DNA of 64,000 nt from Leucoraja erinacea (lineage: Eukaryota): the NCBI RefSeq assembly GCF_028641065.1, contig NC_073394.1:16492001-16556000 (forward strand). Reading direction: 5' to 3'. A program made the translations under genes and the position numbers. This document shows positions 38,460-51,600 of this stretch, one piece after another. Positions within the stretch are counted from its first letter, which is position 1, and every line of letters starts with the position of its first letter. The notes beneath the pieces are model-generated. The model had not been told where the DNA came from and did not search any database. It saw nothing but the letters and a program-made list of their open reading frames with translations.

Positions 38460-39399
38460 TAATCTGGAGAGAAAGAATGGGTGACATTTTTGGTCGAGAC
38501 CTTTCTCCAGACTCAAGCACACTGATTATCTATAGTTATTGGGATGATTTTAGTGTTCTATCATGAAGACTAGTCCAAAATGATCATTCAGAACCTCTGC
38601 AAATTTCCCAATTTCCTTTGTTAATTCCCATTCTCATCTTCTAAGGGACCAACATTTATCAAAATCTCGCAAAAAAGATGGGCACAAATCTTGCTGAAAA
38701 TAACTGAGAGAATTTTTATTGAAAATATTTTTATTGCCTAGTTTTGTAATTATTGTTTCCTATAAGAGATAAAATCAAATAAATTGTTAAAAAAATAAAT
38801 TTCTAGTGTTTTAACTGGAAAAACTCAAAGCAAATGATGAATCCGAATATAGCTGATGTTTCCAAAATTAATTGATTTTTAACCTGGAAACCGAGATGCT
38901 ACATCATAAGTCATCTTAAAACACAACAGTTGAAATCTGCAATAGGAACACTTATCTAACTTCTGCAAATGTGTTCTCTGGGGAATCGTGAATGAACCAG
39001 TACAAACTGTTTACACAAGGCAATCTCCATGATTTATGCAAAACTTGGTGGTTTTGAAGCAGGAAATCTTCTTATCTATTGTTCTGACTTCTACCATTGA
39101 TAAGTTGGTATACATACAAACTGCTGCAGTAATTTTAAAACTTGTCTGAAAAAGTTGTAGGTTATACCTTTGATTAATTATACAATTTATTTGTTGATGT
39201 AATAACTGACATCCGGAATTGAAAATGATCCCCTGGAGAACATATGTGTTATCAAGTAAGTGATCAAGTTATTTATTTGCACTGTGACTATATTATACAA
39301 ATTGTGTGGGAATACAAACTGAGCTAAATCAGAATGTTTGTTAATCTTTCATTGCACTGTTTGTTTTTTCACAAGAGCAATCTTCCTAGAAAGAAATAA

Positions 39400-40200
39400 A
39401 GAACTGTAATTATATTGTGCTTTTCATCCTCTACAAAGCCTTAAAATGTGTCTCTGTTAGTGCAGATTTCACGTACAGCAATTGAGATGCAGTAACCTGC
39501 TTCTGTTTTGCAAGGTGGAAAAATAGTGGCAAGGAAACTGGAAGAATTCATCACTCCTCTGCAGGAAGTGCCACGATAACCTTCAGGTCCATGGAGTCAG
39601 TCATATGGCTAACAGGTTGTCCAACAACTTTAAGCTGTGCACGCCATACGCAAGAAGAATAAGTCATATGGCTCACTGAGTTCACATCAAGCATTCAAGT
39701 GCCCATATAATTTAATCCCACTCAAATCCCTTTTTTAACCACCTCCTCATCCCCATCTCCACCAGTTTCCCCGAGACTACCATGCACCATACACTAGGAC
39801 AAATTAGCCTACCAACCTGCACATCTTTAGAATGTGTGAAACATAAGCAAACCTAAGCAGAGGCTGGACCTTGTTGGTCTTCAACTTCCCAACCAACAAT
39901 CATTACAATTTAGAAAATGTCAGTATATTTTTCTGCTCATCAAGGCCTCGTAGTGATGTATATACCCCACCATGCTTTGCAGTGTTTGTACCACTCCTAC
40001 GCACAGGATAACAATCTCATTTGCCAGATTCCATGAATAGCAACAGGTAAACACTTTTAATTGTGATGGGCAAAGGACAAATGACCTCAGGACAACTTAT
40101 TCGCCATCAGATACTGGCATGAAATCTTTAAGGTCAACCTGAAAGGGCATAAAAAACTTTGGTTAAATGTCTCCCCCAAGAAGCACCCTCACATATGGAC
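39400..40200 (-). mobile_element. Old Deu-domain SINE remnants (SacSINE/AmnSINE-like), fragmented
   Basis: GAAATCTTTAAGGTCAACCTGAAAGGGCA...TTGGTTAAATGTCTC at ~40120-40175 and a similar segment at 39530-39590 resemble the Deu domain. Confidence 0.45.
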
Positions 40201-40341
40201 CTTCCAACTCAAAAGCAACTAGTGAACCAATATTAACATTAGTTTTGTATGATACTCGTGAAAATAGTGTAACTGCACTTTGCACCAAATGCAGTTGATC
40301 GACATCCTTATCTTGCCTCCTTTACAAATCTGTATCCATAA

Positions 40342-40684
40342 AGGGCCTGTCCCACTTTCCCGAGTTATTCACAAATTCTCCTAAGTTATTCACGAATTCT
40401 CCCGAGTTTTCAAACTCGCAGATTGTTCGTAACGAGTCTGTAGGAGGCCGTAGATATATCGTAGCGGCTCGTTATGCCAGCCGTAGATACTTGGGGCTTT
40501 TTTTTACTCGTGGACATTAATTCATCAGGCTGGAAGAAATGTCCCGACTTACCTACGGCTGGCATAACGAGCCGCCACGATATATCCACGGACTCCTACG
40601 GCATCCTACGGACTTGTTATGAACATTCTGCAAGTGAAAACTAGGGAGAATTCGTGAATAACTCGGGAAAGTGGGACAGGCCCT
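40342..40684. mobile_element. Harbinger/PIF-like foldback MITE
   Basis: TIR AGGGCCTGTCCCACTTTCCCGAGTTATTCAC; arms complementary for about 150 bp; flanked by TAA and TAC. Confidence 0.85.
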
Positions 40685-41976
40685 TACAGCTCACTTACAC
40701 TTAAGGTTTTCAAAATTATGCTACAGGCCCACCACTGATTTTCCAGCAACTGGCTGTCCGCATCCCCCCCTCTAATCCAGACAAATTGCACCCCTGAAAA
40801 TCTGGCGCCTAGGTCGGGTGAGGCTGCTGATCTCAACTTCATCCGGACTTCCGTGACATCTTGGAGTCAAATCTGCCCCCTGCGACCGGGGCTCTGGAAC
40901 CCCAGCCCGGCCAGAATCGGCAGATCTGTTCTCATGATAATCTCTTCCATACACAGCTTTGTGGCTCGGTATCTGCTACCCCGTCCCCCCATCCCTCACA
41001 TGACCTATGTTGGTCTGGCAACACGGATAATCCAGAAAGGCTCAGGAACCAAGGGTAAATACTTCATCATCTTATCAATGATCGTAACTTCTTCAAAAGT
41101 CTTTCTTCAAAATATTTGTGCTGCCACGTTTTGAGGGCAACATTTAGCTAATATCTGTCTTCACACAGCTGCTGTGAATATTCAACTCACCAACCTGTGC
41201 AGTACCCCGAAATAATTGCTGCAAACAGTGAGCATCTTTCCTTTAAGAGGTGCAAGCAATTAATATGTTACTTTCAGTTGGTGGTTAGAACTCCCATAAC
41301 CAATCCCCTTTAATGTAAAAAAGAATGGCATGAATAACACTTCAGAAGGTACAAACAGCATCAAGTCAAACCAGCATGGATCCCAGCACATAGTCATTTC
41401 AACATGTGATTTTCAGCATGAGCATATTTCTAGCCCTTGTGTGTCCCTTAGCCTACGTTAATCCATTAGGTCATTTTGGGACCAGATATATCTTACAATG
41501 TGATGACTCACATTGCAATTTATACTGATAACAATCTTGTTATCTTTAATACAGAAGGATTTCATTGTATAATAGAGGGATTCATATTAAATCTATGTTG
41601 CTAAAAGTCTGATCTTGACCAATTCCTGTTGTTCTGTGTATTGATTTTAGAAAAAACGCTGCCACTTACGGCTGTGATTTTTGGCCATCTTACTCAGTCC
41701 CCCTCCGCTGCGCAGGAAAAGAGGATTTTTCCCATCGATGAAAAATAAAAGAGTTATTAGTGGTTAAAAAATGTTGAGATTCTCTCTCCTGTAGGCCACG
41801 CCCCTTCCGGAGGGACTATAAAACCCGGACGTGTTGAGTGCCTCAGTCAGTCTCTGGAAGATGGAGGAGCGAGAGGGTCACGTATCTCAGTCTGAGCTAT
41901 GAATAACACTGAACACATGTCTACTAAACTTTGAGTGGTTTTACTGTCAGTGCCCTTAATGTGGTTTGAAAATATA

Positions 41977-42100
41977 GTTTGGAAATGCAAACGCTGTGTT
42001 GCCTTTGGTTTGGAAATGCTAAAGCTGTGTTGCCTTTGGTTTGGAAATGCAAAAGCTGTGTTGCCTTTGGTTTGGAAATGCTAAAGCTGTGTTGCCTTGC
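41977..42100 (+). repeat. ~31-bp minisatellite (TTTGGAAATGCTAAAGCTGTGTTGCCTTTGG), about 4 copies
   Basis: Tandem copies directly visible. Confidence 0.9.
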
Positions 42101-42471
42101 CTAATTAAAGTTGCCTTGCCTCATTGAAGTTGCGTTGCCTTCTAAATAATTAAAAGTCTAATCTTGACCACTTCCTGTTTGCGCTTTATATTGATTTTAG
42201 AAAAAATGCTACCATGTACTGCTGTGAATTTTGGCCATCTTACTCAGAGTCCCCCTCCACTCATCAGGTGCCGAGGATTTTTCCCATCAATGAAAAATAA
42301 AAGTTATTAGTGTTTTAAAACATTTGAGATTCTCTCCTGGCAATCATGCCATGAAGACCACGCCCCTTCTGGTGGGAGGGGGAGGGGCTATAAAACCCAG
42401 AAGTGTGGGCGTGGCTCAGTCTCTGCAAGATGGAGGAGGGAGGGGTCACGACTCGCTGTCTTTAGTGGCCT

Positions 42472-43430
42472 TAATAATAATAATAATACATTTTATTTAT
42501 GGGCGCCTTTTAAGAGTCTCAAGGACACCTTACAAAAATTTAGCAAGTAGAGGAAAAACATGTAAGCGGAATTAAATAAATAGTAGAGACATGACTAGTA
42601 CACAAATTAAAGACAGAATTCAATTCAAAACACAATATGAGGCAATTCAAGCACAGATGAAAAGAGAGGGGGACGTGGGGCTAAGGATAGGCAAAGGTGA
42701 AGAGATGGGTCTTGAGGCGGGACTGGAAGATGGTGAGGGACACGGAATTGCGGATCAGTTGGGGGAGGGAATTCCAGAGCCTGGGAGCTGCCCTGGAGAA
42801 GGCTCTGTCCCCAAAACTGCGGAGGTTGGACTTGTAGATGGAGAGGAGACCGGTTGATGTGGATCTGAGGGACCGTGAGGGTTGGTAGGGGGAGAGGTCA
42901 GTGAGATATGGGGGGGGCAGATGGTGGAGGGCTTTGTAGGTGTGGACCAGGATTTTGTAGGTGATCCGGTGGGAGATGGGAAGCCAGTGAAGTTGTTTGA
43001 GGACTGGAGTGATGTGATGCCAGGATTTGGTGTGGGTGATGAGTCGGGCGGCTGCGTTCTGGACCAGTTGGAGTTGGTTGATGTAGGTGGAGCTGATGCC
43101 AAGGAGAAGTGAGTTGCAGTAGTCCAGTCGGGAGGAGATGAAGGCATGGATGAGTCTTTCAGCAGCGGGAGGTGTGTGAGAGAGGGTCTGATTTTAGCGA
43201 TGTTGCGGAGGTGAAAGAAGGAGGTTTTAATGACATAGCGGATGTGAGGCTCAAGGGAGAGGGTGGAATCAAAGATCACGCCAAGGTTGTGGGCCTGGGG
43301 AGACAGTGGTGCCGTTGATGGTGAGAGTGGGGTTATTGATTTTGCTGAGTGTAGATTTGGAGCCTATGAAGAGGAATTCTGTTTTATCGCTGTTGAGTTT
43401 GAGGAAGTTATGTTGCATCCAGGTTTTTAT
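42472..43430 (-). mobile_element. L2-type LINE 3' fragment nested in the Helitron
   Basis: WMQHNFLKLNSDKTEF..IFDSTLSLEPHI..FFHLRNIAKIRP; (TTA)n tail. Confidence 0.85.
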
Positions 43431-44614
43431 AGCCTTGCACCCTGCTTGAAATGGAATTTCAAGAAATAGCTGTGAGTTAACTGCCAGCCCACCAGCCGTG
43501 AGTGAGTGAGCTGCCAGCACAACAGGCTTGAGTGACTGAGCCGCCAGCCCAATAATCCATTCGGCCCACAATGTCCATACTAGCCCTCAGGAAACCAGTC
43601 CCTTCAGCCCACAACACCCATACTAGCGCTCCAGAACCCCCCCCCCCCCCCCCCCCATTGCCCACCAATATTGGAATTGGTGGAGAGGTGGAATATTGCG
43701 TTGGGGGACCAGCCCTCCCATGTGATGCTGGGTTGGTCCCACTTAGTCTAGTACGTTATAAAAATGTAGTTATAAACTACGAACAAATTTAATAAAATCT
43801 CTGGCGAAGTGCTCAGTGAGAGATGAATTACAGGAAGCATAGAGCTTCTCTTCATTCTGTGGTTTGAACTGATGAATCCATGGGCATCTGTCAACTTATT
43901 TTCTAGGAAGAACACTTATACAGTGACAACCACAAAAAAATTTTATGTTTGGCAACATACAATATGCATAATGTGAGGTGATCAAAGAAAGTCAGTGTGT
44001 GCTCTTTTCAGTCATATCATTACAGAATAGTAAACATTCTATTCCACAACCTAATTTTGAAAATGTTTAATTCACAGAATATTGTGCAGTACAAACCAGA
44101 TTTAGAACGTTGATCAGTATGAGAGGAGTATATAGTTCTGAAGATACCTTAAGCAAACACAGACTGGATTAGGAACTCTATTTTATGAGGACAGTATATC
44201 AGCCACCAAACCATACCACTATTGCTTAGGCAAGAAACAAGACGCGTTCATTTTCAGATGAACTGGAGAAGCAATACTTGAATCCTTGCAAGACATCTTA
44301 AAGAAAAAAGGTAAGCAATTTAATGTGTCTTAACTTTTGTCTCTTTTTTAAAATCTTTGAATCTTAAATAGAAAACTTTTAGACAACTGTCCGTGGTAGC
44401 CCACTGCCCTACTTTCTCTTTCTGCAATTCATTGTTCCACATTCTTCTAAATGTTTTGATCAACTTCTCTGTAAACCATAAAATAGCCAGTGTCACAGAT
44501 GCTTCTCATCCTAAAAAAAAATGCCTGTTCCCGCAACCTTTTCCATGAAACAACTCCCTCCAACTTTATGTGTAAGGAACTGCATACTGGTTTAAACTGA
44601 AGACAGACACAAAT

Positions 44615-45895
44615 AGAGTCAAGAGTGTTTTATTGTCATATGTCCCAGATAGAACAATGAAATTCTTACTTGCTGCAGCACAACAGAATATATACACATT
44701 GTACACTGTAAACAATATGATAAACAAGAGAAGAAACCATTTCAGTGTNNNNNNNNNNNNNNNNNNNNNNNNNNNNNNNNNNNNNNNNNNNNNNNNNNNN
44801 NNNNNNNNNNNNNNNNNNNNNNNNNNNNNNNNNNNNNNNNNNNNNNNNNNNNNNNNNNNNNNNNNNNNNNNNNNNNNNNNNNNNNNNNNNNNNNNNNNNN
44901 NNNNNNNNNNNNNNNNNNNNNNNNNNNNNNNNNNNNNNNNNNNNNNNNNNNNNNNNNNNNNNNNNNNNNNNNNNNNNNNNNNNNNNNNNNNTGGTAGTGC
45001 AATAATAATAATAGTCTATTATAGTTCAGAGCTTATTTGAAGTTGTAGTGTAATAGCTTGATGCCTGTAGAAACATAGAAACATAGAAAATAGGTGCAGG
45101 AGTAGGCCTTCAAGCCTGCACCGCCATTCAATATGATCATGGCTGATCATCCAACTCAGTATCCTGTTCCTGCCTTCTCTCCATACCCCCTGATCCCTTT
45201 AGCCACAAGGGCCACATCTAACTCCCTCTTAAATATAGCCAATGAACTGGCCTCAACTACCTTCTGCGGCAGAGAATTCCAGAGATTCACCACTCTCTGT
45301 GTGAAAAAGGTTTTCCTCATCTCGGTCCTAAAAGATTTCCCCCTTATCCTTAAACTATGACCCCTTGTTCTGGACTTCCCCAACATCGGGAACAATCTTC
45401 CTGCATCAAGCCTGTCCAACCCCTTAAGAATTTTGTAAGTTTGTAAGTAAGAAGCTGTTCCTGAACCTGGATGTTACCGTTTTCAGGCGTATGTACCTTC
45501 TTCCCGATGGCAGGGGTGAAATGAGTGTGTGTTAAGGATGGTGTGGGTCTCTGATGATCCTGGCTGCCTTTTTGAAGCAGCGACTCCGATAAATCCCTTC
45601 GATGGTGGGGAGGTTAGATCCGGTGATGGACTGAGCAGTGTTCACAACTTTTTGCAGTCTTTTCCGCTCTTGGGCGTTCAAATTGCCGAACCAGGCCATG
45701 ATGCAACCAATCAATATGCTCTCTGCTGTACATCTGTAGAAGTTCAAGAGAATCCTCTCTGACATATCAAATCTCCGTAATCTTCTCAAGAAGTAGAGGC
45801 AGTGATGTGCTTTATTTATAATTGCATCAGTGTGCTAGGTCCAGGAAAGATCTTCGGAAATATGCACGCGCAGGAATTTGAAGTTTTTGACTTCC
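44615..45895 (-). mobile_element. Rex1/Babar LINE fragment spanning the gap, with a nested CR1 3' end at ~45068-45440
   Basis: RRLRRFDMSERILLNFYRCTAESILIGCI (45532-45789). The CR1 piece encodes SRTRGHSLRIRG..FFTQRVVNLWNSLP and has a (TTCTATGT)n tail. Confidence 0.8.
44749..44991. other. Assembly gap (243 N)
   Basis: Run of N. Confidence 1.
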
Positions 45896-46749
45896 CCCCA
45901 CCCCCCCCTCTCCACATTACAGTCTATACCTCATGTTTACCTTATCCCTAACCACTTAAAAAGGGACTCGACACAAAACGTCACCCATTCCTTCCCTCCA
46001 GAGATGCTGCCTGTCCCGCTGAGTTACTCCAGCTTTTTGTGTCTATCTTCCCTCCAACTTTATCCTCAGTGCCTCCAAACAATTAAAAATTAATTACTCC
46101 CCTTACTGACTTGTCAGTCTGTGGGCCTACAGCCCAACTGTGCTTTGTAATAACACAATAGGGTCAATACATCTGACAGCACACCCAGGATGTAACATCA
46201 CTGCCCTCTTTGCACAAGCCTAATCTAGGGTCGAATCCTATAGCTGAAAATCCAATACTAAACATTTGATTAGAGCGTTAAAGAAAAATCAATCTTGCTT
46301 CAACGCCTTTGGACTGCCCTAGATAATCCATTGAATCTCATAAAATCTCCAGTGATGAGGAGCCCTTCTGCTGGCTTCTGCAAACATCTCTCCTCTATGT
46401 GGAAATGATTGCAGTGAAAGGAAATTGCACACGTAGTACTGCCTCCCACCTCACTGATTATGGTTGTAGCCTCACAGGGTTGTTGCAGTGGATGACTTTC
46501 ACTTCCCCAATATTGACTGGGACTTACTCAGGGCAAGAGGATTAGATGGGGCAGAATTTGTCAGGTGTACTCAAGAAGGTTGACTTAAACATTCCGACTC
46601 AAGGAGGGTTCATACTGGACCCTGGTATTGAGAACTGAGCCTGGTCAGGTGACTGGCGCTGCAGTGGAAGAAGAATTGGAAGATAGTAATCACAACTCCA
46701 AGTTTTAAGATTGTTTTGAATAGGGACGTCTGGATGTTGGAGACAATTA

Positions 46750-47860
46750 TTCGAGAAAGGATTTACTCCCCTTTGGAAGAGAATGGGCTAATTAGAGATA
46801 GCCAGCACGCTTTGCACATGGCAAGTGGTGTCTCACTAACTTGATTGAGTTTTTTTGAGATGTCGAAGGAGTTTGGTGAAAGTAGGACGATGCATGTTGT
46901 ATACATGGATTTTAGCATGGTTTTTGATAATCCCTCATGGTAGGCTGATCCAGAATTAAGATTTGGAGGATTCATGATGACTTAGTCATATGGATTCAGA
47001 AATAACTTATTCATAGAAGACAGAGGGTTGCGGTGGAAGGTAGATATTCTGGCTAGAGGTCTTGACCAGTGGAGTTCCACAGTGCTGTTTGTCATTAATG
47101 ACCCAGACATAAATGTAGATTAGTTGGTGAATAAGATTGCTGATGACACCAAAATTGGAGGAGTTGCACACATTGAGGAATTCTGTCAGAATATTCAGCA
47201 GGATATAGATGAGCTGCAGAAATGGGCGTATAAATGGCAGATGGAGTTTACATCGAGCAAATGTGAGGTGTTGTACTTTGGGAGGTTGAATGTAAAGAGA
47301 GAGTGTGCAATTAATGGCAAAACCTTTAACATTGATGCACAGTGGGATCTTGGGAGCAAGTTCATAGCTCACTAAAGGTGGCAGCACATGTGGATGGGGT
47401 GGTAGAAATGGTGTAAGCTATGCTTGCCTTCATTGCTAAGGGCATTTAATATGAGTCAGGAAGTCATGAGTCTGGAACGTTGGAGGTTGAGGGAAGATTT
47501 GATGGAAGTAAAATTATGAGAGGGATAGATAGGGGAGAGTCAGAAAGGTTTTCCCGAAGATGGAAATGGCCAATGTTAGAGGGCATAGGTATAAGGTGAG
47601 AGGGGGAAAGTTCGATGGTAATTTTTTTTCTTTTTTTTTTACACAGAGAGTAGTGAGGGCTTAGAATGCTTTGCCAGAGATGGTTGTGGAAGCAGATATG
47701 ATAGTAGCGTTTAAGAGGCGTTTAGATAGGCAGATGGAAGTGCAGGGAATAGAAGGAAATGGCAGGTAATGTAGAGGCAGTTGACATCAGTTTAACCAGC
47801 ATCATATTCGGCACGAATATTGTGGGCCAAAGTGCCCGTTCCTGTGCTGAATTGTTTTAT
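46750..47860 (+). mobile_element. Old CR1 LINE RT/3' fragment
   Basis: LTNLIEFF..YMDFS..IADDTKIGG..WQMEF..KCEVLYFG remnants. Confidence 0.8.
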
Positions 47861-48019
47861 GTGACATTTGGCCGGCTTCTCCTCTGTCATGCTAGTTTAC
47901 TGTTTTTATTAACATACAGGATTCTCAGAAAAACATGACAAGATGCAACGTAGGGTGAAGATCTTACAGGTATGCTGTCCTATTTTCCATCACTAAACAG
48001 AAAACAACTAATCCACCAG

Positions 48020-48678
48020 GGGGGACCGCACGATGGCAGCCTCACCAACTGTCTAGTCTGTCTGTCTTTTTGTCTTTTTTTTTGTAATTTTAGTGTGTTT
48101 TTAAAGTTTGGCTTCATGTTCTCTGGTTTGTTTTATGTGGAGAGTGGGGGAGGGGATCGGGGGAAACTTTTTTTTCAATCTCTTAATTGGTCCGACTATC
48201 GGAGCCGACCCCGTGCCTGGGATCGACGCTCCAACCGCGGCATGTGGATTTCACCATCGACGAGCTCGCAGTCTCGGGTAGAGACGGATGTTGGGAAGCT
48301 TCATATGACGCAGAAGGTTCGACCAGCCCCGACCCAGGGTCAGATCGCCCGGCGCGGCGGTGCTGACATCCCACCCGATGCGGGAGCTTGATCGCCCCGA
48401 ACTAGGAGGGCCTGAACACCGTTGGCTACGGGAGCCAAGATCGTCCCGTCAATGGAAGGCTTGAGGCTCCTGACCACGGGAGAACAAAGAAGGGAAGAGA
48501 TTGAACTTTTTTTCACCTTCCATCACAGTAAGGAATGTGGAGGAGTCACTGTGGTGGATGTTTATGTTAAAATGTATTTTGTGTGTTTTGTTGCTTTTAA
48601 TGGTATGACAGTATGGCAAATCACATTCCTCGTATGTTGCAAAACATACTTGGCTAATAAAGTATGATTATGATTATT
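48020..48678 (+). mobile_element. GC-rich non-coding retroelement, relative of 633-1448
   Basis: Shared CCTTCCATCACAGT...TCACTGTGGTGGATGT hairpin segment; AATAAAG(TATGAT)n tail. Confidence 0.6.
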
Positions 48679-51600
48679 TTTACCTTTTCCTTATAATAGA
48701 ATTATAGGAATCCAGGAGGCGGGGTGGTAGAGATGGATGACAGGGTGAATAGTCGATTTCCCTACAGAGGGAATCTAGAGTTAGAGAGTTCGGCTCACAA
48801 TTCTCAGGATAATGGGAAACCTGTTTAGGATTAAAATGAGACAGAATTTCAACAACTTAAAGTCTTTGCAATTCTTTAGCTCAGAGAACTGTGAACACTG
48901 AGTTATTAAGTACATTCACAGTTTGAAATGGATGTATTATTAACCACATGGGATATGAAACAGGAAGGTGGAGTTGTGGCTGATAAGCAGATAAGCCATA
49001 ATCTTATGGAATGGCAGAGAATGAGGGCTCATGCTGCTCATGGCTCATGCAGCCTTCTCCATAGCTATTTATATTTTCTAATCCAAATGTTTGATAATTT
49101 TATAAGAATCCACATTAGATCTCATGCAAATACTAATTTAGGATTGGTCGAGAAAGAATTCTATATTTTAAGTATTCCATTATAATTAACCACAGTGCAC
49201 CTATTAACTGATACTCACAATACTACAAAAGCTTTGAACAATGGTGGGTTGCAGAACAATAATCCAAATGGTAAAAACGGAGCAAGGCCTCAGTAAAAGT
49301 GTTTTACAAAGTCAATCACACATCATTCCTTCTTCAAAATTTCACCTGTTCCTACCTGAACAAATTAAAACTGGGTGCCCTTATAGGTCTATAATACTAA
49401 TCAAGAGGAAAAGATTTATGCTAAGCATAGTAAAAATGATTACTGCACATTTATGTCATTTAAAACATGACCTCAATGTTAAGGATTATGACAGCAAAAT
49501 CATCAGTATTTGACATCATTATTTTGCTTAACTGAGAGGAATGTCAGGACTGACACAAATCATGTGAAAAAGTGGAAATCCAAAGGTGCCATCAACAATT
49601 TGCTTCTGGACCATTGGTTGTGTTCCATTATGATTCATCATGAAGTTCAATATAACAAACTGTGTTAAAGACATTCAAGATGTTTTTAAAAGATCAAAGC
49701 CCTGGCTAAGGTTGGGGGTGAGACATAAGCTGGTTTTGTTTAATGAATTACTCAGGCAGAACTTGCTTAGGACAGCCCAAGTGATGTTTATGACACATAA
49801 AACTCTTCAACAATTAGGTCTTGAATGTAGACTATCCCCCCAATAATTTCTTCGGTTCAATTCTGGGAGAATCACCCACAATAAATTTGTTGGAATACTG
49901 AAATCAGTAGCATACTAGCAGTGTTTGCTGTAAACATAATTGGAAATATTTTGCAAAAATCATTTTAAATTGGCATATTCATCTGTGCCATAATCAAAAA
50001 ACTGGTCCCGAATTTATTCCCAACTTCATCTGCCTTCCAATTCAAATAATTCTTAATTAAATTGCATAATCAGAAATCCCAGCACAAGTATGCAGCTTTT
50101 TTTTTCTCCAGAAAATGTATTCCCTGATCTTTTCAGCAGTGGTAGCATGGAGCAGAATTCTGCTCAAATCTGCTTTATTACCAAATATAAGCATTATTTA
50201 ATAAGGCATTCCTCTAAAAGTAAAATAAGCTTTAAAATATGTTTTCTCTTGATATAGACTGATAAACCAGAACAATCCTTGAAGGGGTCAAGACTATTGT
50301 TGTGGGTGATACCTAAAGTGGGCAGATTTAAGCTTAAACCAGTATAATCATTTATGGTTGTTATTCCTATTTAAAGTTCATCAATTGTTCCATGCTGATT
50401 TAACAAATTGTTTAGATTGTGCTGATGTTATGGGTCCAAACATATAGAACATCAAAGCCCATTGTTTAATTCAGAATGAGATTTAACATTAAGAGAGTTA
50501 AAAAGGGAATTTACTTTGCAGAATAAACATGCAGGAGATAACATGTTATTATTTATATACTTATTATATACAAGATATTAGTCATATAGTAATGTACACC
50601 TAAACATTTATTATCTTGCATATTTGAAACACACCACATCATTGATGCATCTGCTGTGCACCGGCATTTGATCTCATCAAGGAAGTGCTTGGTATCATCT
50701 GCACCAGCTGTAAACGCTCTCAGAAATATCCTACATTGCCTGCATACTACATATTTACCAAGTGTTCTGCGACTTCAGCAAGCATTTCCAGTCTCTTCAA
50801 CTTCTTGCACTTTACAGGTAATTTTGTTTTGGTATTATGCTCAAATTATAGGCAGTAGAACAATTATTGTGACAACAACTATTGTCACAGTAGTTGATCT
50901 ACCTAACAGCTGTCTTGTATGGACAATACAACCACTTAAAGTTTAGAAAAGGTGTCAAGTGATACCCAGCGTAATAAAAAAGAGCCAAACTTGTAGTCAA
51001 CTTACTACAATTGTTTTAACAAGTGTTAATTAAGTTTATCCAGTGGTTATAAGGTTAATTGGCAGTGCTAACATTATATTACATCTGCTAAGCAATAAAC
51101 TGCAAAGAAAATTAGACCATTCTAATAATTATCATAATAATTGTGGTGAAAATGTAACTTCCTTCTGTAGGCAATGGTAGCTGAGAATTCTAATATAACT
51201 ATGTCTAAGGGCAATGGAAGTCTATATGCTAAAACACAACAGATTATACTGTAATAACCAATTCAGTTAATGGACCAATTGTAGTTTCATTGAAAGAAAG
51301 TGCAAAATTGGAAAAGTAAAATGAAATTCTGTAATTCCTAATTATCGTGTTATTGATAAAAAGCAAAGTTATCTTGAAATACATCTGGTAAAGAAGAAAC
51401 CGAGAAAAGATGAAAAGAATAAATTGCATTTGTGCAAGGCTTTTCACATTCCTGTTATGAAGTCCAGAAGTTACTTACACCTAGTGATCTGGAGTACCCC
51501 TTGGACAATATAGTAATTGTTCATTGAAACACCTAAATTAACAGATCAACTCAATGTGTGCAGGCCAGCCAAAAAAGAGATAATTAATTTAATCTAATTT

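Larger units (their letters stand above)
41592..43751 (+). mobile_element. Non-autonomous Helitron with an internal duplication, a minisatellite and a nested L2
   Basis: A|TC 5' end, CTAG|T 3' end, and a subterminal hairpin GGGACCAGCCC/GGGTTGGTCCC (43705-43740) ending 11 nt before the terminus. Confidence 0.85.

Noticed and set aside
44633-45040. ORFs spanning the N run
   Set aside because: Artefacts of the assembly gap.
49191-49233. CACAGTG followed by ACAAAAGCT as an RSS
   Set aside because: The spacer is 27 bp, incompatible with the 12/23 rule.
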